Positions 1-30,497 of a stretch of DNA of 64,000 nt are shown one piece after another. Under the pieces are notes generated by a model. The model did no database searches. It was not told the DNA's origin and saw only the letters and a program-made list of their open reading frames with translations. Position numbers and translations under genes: made by a program. Source of the DNA: the human T2T-CHM13v2.0 reference genome, Homo sapiens; NCBI RefSeq assembly GCF_009914755.1, contig NC_060931.1; one strand, given 5' to 3'. How positions within the stretch are numbered: position 1 is the stretch's first letter; every line of letters starts with the position of its first letter.

Positions 1-273
1 TTTTTTTTTCACTCTGTCACCCAGGCTGGAGTGCAATGGCACCATCTCGGCTCACTGCAACCTCCGCCTCCGGGGTTCAAGCAATTCTCCCTGCCTCAGC
101 CTCCCAAGTAGCCGGGATAACAGGCATACGCCACCACGAATTTTTGTATTTTTAGTAGAGACGGGGTTTCACCATGTTGGCCAGACTGGTCTCGGCCTCC
201 CGCCCTCAGGTGATCAGCCCGCCTCAGCCTCCCGAAGTGCTGGGATTACAGGTGTGAGCCACCACGTCCAGCC
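1..273 (-). mobile_element. Alu (AluS-like)
   Basis: T-run followed by the reverse complement of the Alu consensus. Confidence 0.95.
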
Positions 274-302
274 CATTAACTTTCAAGTATTAAAGTCATA
301 CC

Positions 303-1027
<725 letters not shown>

Positions 1028-1653
1028 AGTTACTGCTTGGTACATCAAGATCAACAGTCTATATAACATGAAGGAAAGTTCTGATATAAACTGCAGAGAT
1101 AACTAGCAGAGAAATTAAAAGTGATTTTTAAAAAATCTATTGGGGAAGCAGATGTAAAGAAGCCAAATCCTCCTTTATCAGAGCAGAAATCAATCATAAA
1201 TCATAACATATGTATATTATATAGTCACGACAATACCACAGGAAGAAATAATTTGAAAGTTTCCTTTGGAAATTGGACCCCTATCTTTCACCATATACAA
1301 AAATCAACTCAAGAAGGATTAAAGACTTCATCCAAAGACCTGAAACTATAAAAACCATTAGAAGAAAACCTAGGAAAAACTCTCCTGGACACTGATCTAT
1401 ACAATTCATGACTAAGAATTCATGAATTTAAAGAATTCATGACTAAGACCTCAAAAGCACAAGCAAAAAAAAAAAAAACAAAAATAGACAAATGAGACTT
1501 AAGCTAAAAAGCTTCTGCATAGCAAAAGAATCAGCAGACTGAACAAATGGCCTACAGAATAGGAGAAAAAAGTTTCAAACTATGTATCTCACAGGGTACT
1601 AACATCCAGAATTTACAAGGAACACAAATAATCCCATCAAAAAGTAAGCAAAG

Positions 1654-1785
1654 GGCTGTTCTGAATACCTCACTACTGATAACTGGTAGTGAGTTATCCC
1701 AATTGATGGTTCACTGTCAGTTACCGATCAAATTCCTTGTTCTATACTCTTTACTCCCCTTTCACTACTGCACTTAACTGGTCTT
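1654..1785 (+). pseudogene. Y1 RNA (hY1/RNY1) processed pseudogene
   Basis: ggctgttctgaa...ggtagtgagttatcccaattgatggttcactgtcagttaccgatc...tcactactgcacttaactggtctt matches hY1. It has an A-rich tail and a TSD aaagt(a/t)agcaaagg at 1641-1654 and 1822-1835. Confidence 0.9.
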
Positions 1786-1948
1786 AAGAAAAAATTTTAA
1801 TAAAAAATTTTTAAGAATTTTAAAGTTAGCAAAGGACATTAATAGACATTTCTCAAAAGAAGACATACAAACAGTCAACAGGTATGTGAAAAAAATGCTC
1901 ATCACTAATCATCGAGGAAATGCAAATAAAAACCACAATGACATATCA

Positions 1949-2410
<462 letters not shown>

Positions 2411-2603
2411 TAAAAATGATAAAAAATAAAACTGCTATTCAATCCAGCAATCCCACTATTGGGTATCCACCCAAAGGAAAATAAATCATTATATCAAAAA
2501 GATAACTGCACTCGTACCTTTATCACAGCAACACTCACAATAGCAAAGATAGGGAATCAATCTCCATATCCATCAACAGACGACTGGATAAAGAAAAACT
2601 GGG

Positions 2604-2604
<1 letters not shown>

Positions 2605-2655
<51 letters not shown>
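2605..2655. repeat. (CA)n microsatellite
   Basis: About 23 CA units. Confidence 0.97.
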
Positions 2656-2657
<2 letters not shown>

Positions 2658-3248
2658 ATACTATTCAGCCATAAAGGAAGAATGAAATCATGTCTTTTGT
2701 AGCAACGTGGAAGGATGGAAGGACCTGGAGGCCATGTTCTCACTTATAAGTTGAAGCAAAATAATGTGTACATGTGGGCACAGTGTGGAATAACGACACT
2801 GGAGACTCAGAAGGTTGGGAGGCTGGGAGGAGGGTGAGTAACAAGAAATTACTGAATGGGTACACGTACATTATTTGGATGATGGATGCACTAAAAGCCC
2901 AAACTGCAGCACTATGCAATGTATTCATGTAACAAAACTGCACCTGTAACCCTTAAATTGATACAAAAAAGTTGTTTGGAGAGTGGCAATAAGGAGTGAA
3001 ACAGAATTCTTGATCCTTATTATAAGCATTCTGGGCTATTAGACTTTTTTCAACCATGTACATATATTACTATGCAAAGTTTTTAAATGGACTTAAAATC
3101 TGAAAGAACATTGATCTTTTAATGAAAAACAAAACCATAAGATACTCTGCCTAAACTTTCCCTCATAATGCAATGAATAAAACTTTAATCTTTCTCTTCA
3201 GGATAAATAATTTCTGAGGCTTTAGAACCACCTTAAAAGGTATCTCTA

Positions 3249-7275
<4,027 letters not shown>

Positions 7276-7334
7276 CTAGGCACTACTGCTTCAATATATT
7301 AAAAAAATTATTCTAGAAGATAGTTTATCGTACT

Positions 7335-7687
7335 CAGGGTTCCCCCCACCTATAGCTGCAGACCAATACCACTCGGTAGCCTGTTGGGAACCAGGCCACA
7401 CAGCAGGTGAGCGGCAGGCAAGCCAGCATTAACCTGAGCTCGGCCTCCTCTAGATCAGCAGCGGCATTAGATTCTCATAGAAGCACAAACCCTATTGTGA
7501 ACTGCACAAGCAAGGGACCTAGGCTGCATGCTTCTTATGAGAATCTAACTAACCTAACTAATGCCTGATGATCTAAGGTGGAAGAGTTTCACCCGAAAAC
7601 CATCCACTCCGTGCTCCCCCTGGGGTCTGTGGAAAAAACTCTCTTCCACAAAACTAGTCCCTGGTGCCAAAAAGTTTGGAGACCACT
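7335..7687 (+). mobile_element. MER1B-like hAT-Charlie DNA transposon
   Basis: cagggttcccc...agatcagcagcggcattagattctcatag...gtccctggtgccaaaaagtttggagaccact, with degenerate terminal inverted repeats. Confidence 0.85.
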
Positions 7688-7891
7688 AACATAAACTACA
7701 AGGTTTTGTTAAAAAAAAAAAAAAAAAAAATGTAGCCAATGTCCCTTGAGGGTTAATATCAAATATCTTAGAATAGGTAACAGTCTAATATGAATTTAAC
7801 TGTGAACATAATGAAGTTAATTCTACACTATCTAAAAAACTGTTTCACTTAACATGCATCTAATTCATCAAACTGGGTGGGTTTCTCTCTC

Positions 7892-9908
<2,017 letters not shown>

Positions 9909-11015
9909 TATATATGGTGTGTGTATATATGTATATGTGTGTATATGTGTGCATACACACACAATTCTCTATAACTAGTGCTGTCATACTTAATGCTTTA
10001 ATAAGGTTAAATACATAATAAATACAATAGTTCATTTTGTCTTTAACAGTACAATCCAAGTCAAGTCATCCTTCCAAACCAGATACAAAAATATCCTATG
10101 AAAAGAAACAAAAACTTTTTATCCTTAGGATATTTTGGGGTTCTGGCCTTTTGTTGTGCCAGATATAATACCACTTGATAAGACTTTCAGCTTCATCCCA
10201 TCCCATCCTGCAACAATGTTTTCAGTAGGGCGGGATCCGTGGCTCCCAATCAAGTCCGACAACCTGATCTCATGGCAGGGCCCACACAAGAAAAAAAAGA
10301 GCATTTTATTTCGTGCAACTTTTATGGCCCAGAGAATCTCTGACCCCCCACCCCCTCAACACACAATAATCAGTTGATCTCCCTCTCCCTCCCTCTCTCC
10401 CACCTCCACACCATCTATGAGAAAGAGGAGGGGGAAGAAGGTGGAAGAAAAGGCACGAGTAGAGAAAGTAGATCCGACGTAAAGCAGGCACCTAAAAAAA
10501 GGTGGGATGGATTTCTCCAAAGCCCAGATCAGGGACTCTGCTACAGCCAGCCAGTGGAGAATGCCTCTAATGTTAACGCTTTAGTAACCACTTACAAGAA
10601 CTTCCCCTGTCTACTGCTTAATTTCAAATAACCCAACAGGTCCATTTAATTACTTTGTATTATTTAAAGAAATCTAGGATTTCTTTAAATAATAAAAGGG
10701 AAACGAACGCGTTTTAACATCATTTTGCATCACAATGTTAAAATCTTGGGTTAACTCCCTCAGTAAATCTCTAAATCCTTTCCAATCTACTATCTCTGGC
10801 CAGGAAGTCAAAACTGAAATATTAACCAACTAAAATGATCTTCATTCTTTGGTCAATTTTGCAGAGCAAAAAATTTAAATAAATAAATAAATAGATCTTC
10901 AATGTGTATCAAGGATGTCCTACTTGGGCCTCACTCTCCCAAACAGAGCCTATTTTCTTCCATTTAACAAAGGAAAATTCTCATTTAAACAAGTCTAATG
11001 AAGATGTTGCAACCT

Positions 11016-18258
<7,243 letters not shown>

Positions 18259-19354
18259 TGGGGGAAAGAAAACATTTACATTTATAACAACATCAAAAAC
18301 AATGAAATACTTAGGAATCAATTTAACAAAAAAAGTACAAGACCTGTGCATTGAAAATTATAAAATACTACAAACAAATTAAAGGAGATCAGAAATTATA
18401 CTTCATTTGATACTTAATCACATGCAAAAAATCATTAGTTCCAGTTTTACAGTTGTTGCCGGTTATTTTTCTAACACAGATACAATGTCATACCTCTGTT
18501 TAACATCTTCAATGGCTCCCTATTGTTTACAGTTAATATTCAAAATGCCCAATTTACTTTCCCTTCCTCATTTCCTCCCATATTGGACTGTAGTCTCTTA
18601 AAAAGCAAAGGTCAGGGTCAGACACACCTGGATTCAAATCCTGACTCAATCACTTACAAGCTATATAAAAATTCATCTTTCATTTGTAAAACGTACTAAT
18701 GATTCAACCCCATGTGATCAGTAATTATCAAAAAGGTAACTTCTGGTAAGCACTAGTAGTGCCTAACACATAATAGCCAGGTACTAGTTTCTCACTCCCC
18801 TTTTTCTCTTCGGTAAAGTCTGTTTTCATTTTTAAACACTCAACAAAGATGTCTTCTTTCTTCAGTTCCTCTGAGATAAGTTCTTCCTTCTCTAAGCTTC
18901 CTCAGCACTTTCTGAAATCTATTGTAAAATGTGTCATTTGCATTATACTTTGCACTGAGTTACCAGAAATTGAAGGTAGGGATCTTGCCTTATTTTGGTC
19001 TCTCCACTGTATAATACACAGCAGATTCTCAGTATTTGATTTTGCCTAACATCCTCCTTGGGTGATTAACAGAGAACAAATAGGAAAAGCAAATCTGACT
19101 AAGAATAAACCATGCTTCAGAAATGTACTTTGAAAGGAAGAGATTTTAAGTCACCTATAATCTAACACCCACACCGATCTGTGATGAACACATAGCATGA
19201 GCAAGAAATGAACCTTTGTGACTGATGCCACTAAGAATTGGGATCCTTTGTCACCGTAACATATTCTGTATATTCTGATATACACATTAAAGGAGTTTAG
19301 TATTTATCTGCATCATCCCTATCTCCAGTGTTTGGAATGTTCTGCACAAAGCGG

Positions 19355-20806
<1,452 letters not shown>

Positions 20807-21060
20807 CAAGTGGGAACTCAGGTTTATTAGAAAACTTTAAAATATGGAATGAATGTAGGACATTTTTAAAGAGAATAGTCAAAGGTTAGCAGAATAACCA
20901 AATGTTTTCAATGAAAAGATTACAAAAGTTGAAGTAACCACATTTTTAAAAAGCACAGCGTTAGCATATAAATGGGAGCATGCTTTTACTCTCCTCTTCA
21001 CCCAAAATACATACTTCTACTACTTCCTCACCATGCTGAGGTCAAAAACTGGAGGCTTAG

Positions 21061-22249
<1,189 letters not shown>

Positions 22250-22250
<1 letters not shown>

Positions 22251-22650
22251 TACATTCCCAGCCTCCCTTGCAGCTACAGGTAGCCATGTGAACTCTGTGA
22301 TAGTTCTAGCCAATTATATGTAAGAGAAAACATACAATATTTCTTCAAAGGAGGAGGCTGTGTGCCCTTGGACTCCTTTCTGTATTTTGCTTCATGGGAC
22401 ATGCATGTAATGTAATTGGGACTTTAGTAGCCATCAAGGAATCTTAGGGCAAAGGCCACAACCTAGAAATGTCTGAGAAGTTAGATAAAGGGAGACACTC
22501 CTGATGACTTTGCAGTGTAGAGGGACAATACCAGCCTCAGTACCTACCCTCCAGATTTTGAAGTGAAACAGAAATAAACACTCCTGTTCAAGTCATTATT
22601 ATTACGGGGTTTTCAATCACATAAAGACAAACCTAGTCCTTACTGATATA
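22250..22650 (+). mobile_element. MLT1-type ERVL-MaLR LTR fragment
   Basis: ctacattcccagcctcccttgcagctacagg...gaaataaac...cctagtccttactgatata is typical MLT1 text. Confidence 0.65.
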
Positions 22651-23011
22651 CCCGGCTGTTAAGAATTGGCCCAGAAATAGAAATCAGTTCTTCTGTCAAG
22701 AGTCCAGGATGCTCAAATATATAAAGATCTCTGTACAAGTCAACAAAAATAAATAAATAAATAAACTATATCCTTTTTAGGGTTGATATTCATAATTGTT
22801 TTATCTTTCTATTCTGTATGACCTAACTATAGCCCAATCTACACTGTGACAATTCCATTTTTAAATACTATTTAAAGTCCTCAATAATAAAAATCTGTAT
22901 TTCAAAATACTTTAGAAAAATAAAGGGTAAGGTTAAGGAGAAACTTCATTTAACTATTTCAGTAAAAGAGGATGGAAAATAATGATTTTTATCACTCGTA
23001 TCCCAAATGCA

Positions 23012-23620
23012 TTTTTTTTTTCTGAGACCGGGTATTGTTCTGTCACCCAGGCTGGGTGGGGTGCAGTTGCAGGATCATAGCTCACTGCAGCCTCCAACTC
23101 CTCTGCTCAAGTGATCCTCCCACCTCAACCTCCTAAGTAGCTGGGACTAAAGGCATGTACTACCACACCCAGCTCCAAATACTCTTTGTTCTTAGCGTCC
23201 CTTAATTCAGAAAACTATCTGCTTCCAGCAAAACAGATTAAAACAACCAGCATTTTACTTATTTATGATTTCGTAACCTGGACTGAGCTTAGCTAGGTGG
23301 TTCCTCTGTTAATCTTTTTTTTGTGTGTGAGAGAGAGAAACAAGGTTTCACTCTGTCGCCCAGGCTTGAGTGCAATGGCAAGATAATGGTTCACTGCAGC
23401 CTCACCCTCCTGGGCTTGACCAATCCTCCCACCTCAGCCTCCTAAGTAGCTAGGACTACAGAGACATGCCACCACACTCAGCTAATTTCTGTATTTTTTT
23501 GTAGAGACAGTGTCTTGCTATATTGCCCGGGCTGGTCTTGAACTCCTGGGCTCAAGTGTTCCACATGCCTTGGCCTCCCAGAGTGCTGGGACTGCACAGT
23601 CATAAGCCCCCACGCCGGCC
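23012..23620 (-). mobile_element. Two old (AluJ/monomer) Alu elements
   Basis: Antisense Alu text with AluJ-type diagnostics (gctcaagtgatcctcccacc). Confidence 0.88.
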
Positions 23621-23639
23621 CCTTCGCTAATCTTACTAA

Positions 23640-24006
23640 TCACTTTTGTGTCTGTATTCAACAGGCAAGTCAACTAAGGGCTGAAGGCAGCTAGGACACT
23701 GAGATAGTTAAGCCTCCCTCTTTCCATATAGTCCTGGAATCTCTTCCTCTCCACATCATCTCTCCAGCAAGGTATGACAGCTTCTTGCACGGCAGCAACT
23801 CAGAGCTCCCAAGAGTACAAAAGTAGAAGCTGCCTGACATGCTCAAGGCTTGTACCCAAAAATAGCAAAGTGTCATTTTTGCTATGTTCTACTGGTTAAA
23901 GTGAGTCACAGGGCTAGGCGAGATACAAAGAGAGATGACTATACAATAGCATGAATACCCATAGGCATGATTTACTATGGGTCTACACCAATACAGTAGA
24001 CTACCA
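23640..24006 (-). mobile_element. MLT1 (K/L-like) LTR fragment
   Basis: gtgtcatttttgctatgttctactggttaaagtgagtcacagggct...gactacca resembles antisense MLT1. Confidence 0.55.
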
Positions 24007-24188
24007 TCTCCTTTATTTACTGTAAAAGTAACACCTTAATATATGACTTCTAGTATTCCATAATCTCTCTGGGGCTCAGTTATCTATAAAATGAGGGGTT
24101 AGACTCAATCTTCTTGAATTCTCATCTATTAATAGTTCTAATATTCTACAACTCTATAAGTATGAAAGTCTAATATAAGAAACACTTA

Positions 24189-24471
<283 letters not shown>

Positions 24472-25158
24472 TCAAAAACAAACAAACACTTGGCCATACT
24501 GACCAAACACTTCAACTATGGTAGAACAATTCAATGAGAACTTTAAGAATATGGTTATGTTTCATTTTGTCATTTTATATTCAACTATGTGCTTATTCCA
24601 AATGTGGTCCATATGACTAGAATCCCAAAGATCAGGAAATCAAGGAAATTCTTTTTTTGCTAGGCTCCACTAAAAGAACACCACCACACAGACTTCACTG
24701 AGACCATCAAGTATGCTGCTTCTAATGTAAATCGATTACAATAAGGTGTAAAGATTTAAAGTGACCAAGGATAAAAGATGTAAGAAATCATTTTAAAACC
24801 ACCTAAAACAAGTCTCACTGAGGGAGGCCTACTAATAAAACCCTAGCCAGTAGAGTTATAATATGTAAAAATCTACTCTAACAACATTTAAAAGTTTGAG
24901 CAATAAAAAACTTTGGAATAATATTACTACATATACAACTCCTAGGGAATTGCTTTGACTGTTTTTCGTGTATTGCTCATAATGAAAAACATTTCATAGA
25001 GATTTCTGCTGACCTAGCTTTTTAAAAATCTTTCTTCTATATATTGGGGACATCTGCGTACAAAGAAAATCTTTGCCACCCCACTATCCCCGCCTCCAAT
25101 AACAACTGCATTATTTTATGTCATAGTTTTTTTTTTTTTTTTTTTTTTTGGGAGATAG

Positions 25159-25359
<201 letters not shown>

Positions 25360-25564
25360 TAGACTTAAGCAATCCTCCCACCTTTGCTTCCCAAAGCACT
25401 GGGATTACAGGTGTGAGCCAACATACCCAGCCTTATATCATGGCATTTTTGGAGTGAGTTTGGTTTCTAATCACTTCTGTCTCTAAATAGTTTATAACAG
25501 GCAACTGATTGATAATTGATGATTAGTGGCAATGACAGTAACAACAGTAGTTAAATCCTTACAA

Positions 25565-25785
25565 CAGCACCTCTTAATAGGACTTAGTCTATGCCAGAAA
25601 CTGTTCTAAATTCTACACATATATATAAATTCATAACAATCCTAAATTAGGTGTATTATTACGTCCTCTCTACAGGTGAGGCAACCATAGCACAAAAAAT
25701 TTAAGTAACTTGCCCAAGGTCAAACAGCTAATATGTAGTACAACCTAGACTTGAATCCAGAAGGTCTAGGCTCTATAATCAGTGA
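25565..25785 (-). mobile_element. MIR
   Basis: tctacaggtgaggcaacc...ttaagtaacttgcccaaggtcaaacagcta is the MIR core. Confidence 0.8.
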
Positions 25786-25861
25786 TGCCCCCAGAATTTG
25801 GTTTTCTCATTTGTCAAATGATTTACCATTTCTGAAGTATTAAGCTTTTTTCTTTTTTTAA

Positions 25862-26146
<285 letters not shown>

Positions 26147-27095
26147 TGACTCACCCTCCTGGCCTCCCAAAGTGCTGGGATTACAGGCGTTAGCCACTGC
26201 GCCCGGCCCCCAGAGTATTAATATTTATTATGTATTCTTCCCAATCTTTTTATATGCACAAAATATACACACAGTTTGGGTTTATGTGCTTTTCACAAAA
26301 TAAAGTTACTGCTAAACTTACTGCTTTACAACTTTTGGAAAGGTTTTTCTCTAGTTCAACAATGTATCATAGACATTCTCCCACTTCAGGGCCCACAGAT
26401 CTATCTCTATGTCTTGATTTAAAACTGCATGGTAGTCCATTGATGCATATTTTGTTGTTGCCAACTTTTCTCTACTACTAATACTGCTGCCATGAGCATC
26501 TTGTATGTATATGTTGTCCATTTGTCATGAGAATATATTCTGATTTCCTTTCTTGTTTTTCCGGGTATAACTGGTCCCCTATCTCCTAAGGGCAACAAAG
26601 CATCCTAATCCTTTACTAATTCCCATACGCCATATTCTCAGTGATTACATGTTAAGTCACATCTTTAAATACTTATCCTAATCGATTCCTCAACTCCAGT
26701 CCTACTTCCCCGAATGCTTAGCAGGCATCCAATCTATTTGGATGCCTGCTACAACATCTATGCCAGAAACTGCCGAATTCCTCCTTTGCAGTGACTGGAA
26801 TCTTCCTCCCCATTCGCACTACCAACATTCTATGCTTTGGCTTGATCTCTCACACTACAACTATTGTAACAGCCTATTATCTCTGCCTCCAGGTAACTCC
26901 TGTCTCCATATTATTACCACAGTGTTTTTTTAATAATAGGCATCATTAAATCACCAAGTATTTGAGTGCCTACATTCAAATGCATAAATGCTAAACAGAA
27001 TACAAAGTAATTTAGTAAGGTTCCTATCCTCAAGAATACTGTAAATACCTGCTTTGAAAACTTTCATTTAAAAAATAAAATAACTGGGCATAAAG

Positions 27096-27803
<708 letters not shown>

Positions 27804-28396
27804 CTACAGGATAAAGCCCAAACTCATGAGTCTGGCATTCAAGAACTATCACAGCTTGGCCTCACCACTACACACAGCCTCTGTTCTAGTCACACAGTCA
27901 GAAGCCACCCCACCTTTTACACCTCCTTCCCTCAATAATTTCATTCACATTGCTCCCTCACACACTCATTTTCTTGTCATTCTACTTGGCTAAATCCCAC
28001 CAATCCTTCAAGGTCTAATTCAAATACTACTTCCTCCAAATCTTTGAGCACCCCTCTAGGCCACAATAAATCTTCCAGGGTTGACTGTTCATCCCAGGAC
28101 ATATTTAGCACTTTGTAGCTCTTTAAATAACATGTACCAAATGAAAGATCTAAAAAGTTACATAGAAGTATAGAAAACTTAAGACTTGTTAAACAATTTT
28201 ACACTTGTAGATCATATGTAGTTACTGCCATCACAAAATTAACAGCAGAAACAAAGTGAAACAATTTTCCTTTTACCTGAGGCTTTTTCTAGAATATTAC
28301 AAAGTGCAAAAAGAGCTGTGTCATTTGTTTCTCTCAACTTGTGCTCTTAAGTCCTTCAAATTCTGCAAATAAAGGGATCAACACTTCCAATTATAA

Positions 28397-28651
<255 letters not shown>

Positions 28652-28667
28652 TGATCCGCCCACCTCA

Positions 28668-29069
<402 letters not shown>

Positions 29070-30069
29070 TCAAAAAAAAGAAAAAAAAAAAAAAACAGAA
29101 ATCATCTCTATTCTACTTCGTAACTTTTGCCACTTATCCTGCCAACAAGTTCTCAAAATAACCACTGTAGCACAAACATGATAAAGAAAATTTTTAAAGA
29201 GAAAAGGAAGAGATTAATCAGCTTTCTGAAATTAAAAGATAAAAATGGACCAAAACAATATAGAAAAAAAAAAGTAAAGGCAAACACAAACTCACACGCT
29301 GACTGTAAAGTTTATTCCATGGCAGCTAAAAGTTGTTTGGCCCAAACATCTCACAGATTAAAAACTAAATCACAACCTAACGAGGGTATCTAACACGTCC
29401 CCACCAGGCAAGAGTGCAGAGAGACCATCTAATGTTCCTATTTATTTAGAGAGTCTTGCTCTGTCACCTGACTAGAGTGTAGTGGTGTGATGTCCGTTCA
29501 CTGCAGCCTCAACCTCCAAGCCTCACACAATCTTCTCTCAGCTCAGTCTCCAGAGTAGTTGGGACTACAGGTGCCTACCACCACACCCAGCTAATTTTTT
29601 TGTAGAGACAAGGCCTCACTTTGTTGCCCAGGCTGGTCTCAAACTCCTTTTAAATGAGGATTAAGTGATCCTCCTGACTCAGTCTCCCAAAAGTGCTGGG
29701 ATTACATATATCAGCCACCACACCCATCCTTAATGTCCTTTATAACTGGAAACTGACCAATTTTCACCTTGGAAGGTCAATGAAGTTTCACGAAGCCCCT
29801 CCATCATAAACTTAAAGTGACTTAAGTTTACAGAGTTGGACAACCACTATCTACCCAGAGAAACCTGACTGTGGTCTGGGAAACTTTGCAGTTTTGCGGA
29901 ACAGAGGAATGAGATGAAGCAGTGTGGCTTGTCACTTGGCAGATTAACAACAATTCTGGCATTATGGAATTAACTGAAATAGTACGAAAATGTAATAAAT
30001 CACAAGTGTCAGAATGGGAAAACAAATTGTTGTGATACTTTTATATTTCCATGGAAATCCATGTTTATC

Positions 30070-30164
30070 AAGTTTACATATTAGTAACCAATATGTAAAT
30101 TGGTAAGTTTACATATTAGTAACTAATATGTAAATTTATATATTAGTAAACAATATATAAATTT
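30070..30164. repeat. Tandem array of three AT-rich inverted-repeat units
   Basis: ttta(c/t)atatt-agtaa..-aatat(g/a)taaa repeated three times. Confidence 0.85.
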
Positions 30165-30350
30165 GTATAATAGACTAAAAATAACATCTTCTCAAATATT
30201 AGAAATTCCCTGGGCCAGGTGCGGTGTTTCATGTCTGTAATCCCAGCACTTTGGGAGGCCCAGGCAGGCAGATCATGAGGTCAAGAGATTGAGACCATCC
30301 TGGCTAACAGGGTGAAACCCCGTCTCTACTAAAAATACAAAAATTAGTCA

Positions 30351-30497
<147 letters not shown>

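Noticed and set aside
1654-1785. Functional Y RNA gene
   Set aside because: It has TSDs and an A-tail, sits within an L1 with no evident upstream type-3 Pol III promoter, and carries many substitutions plus an insertion.
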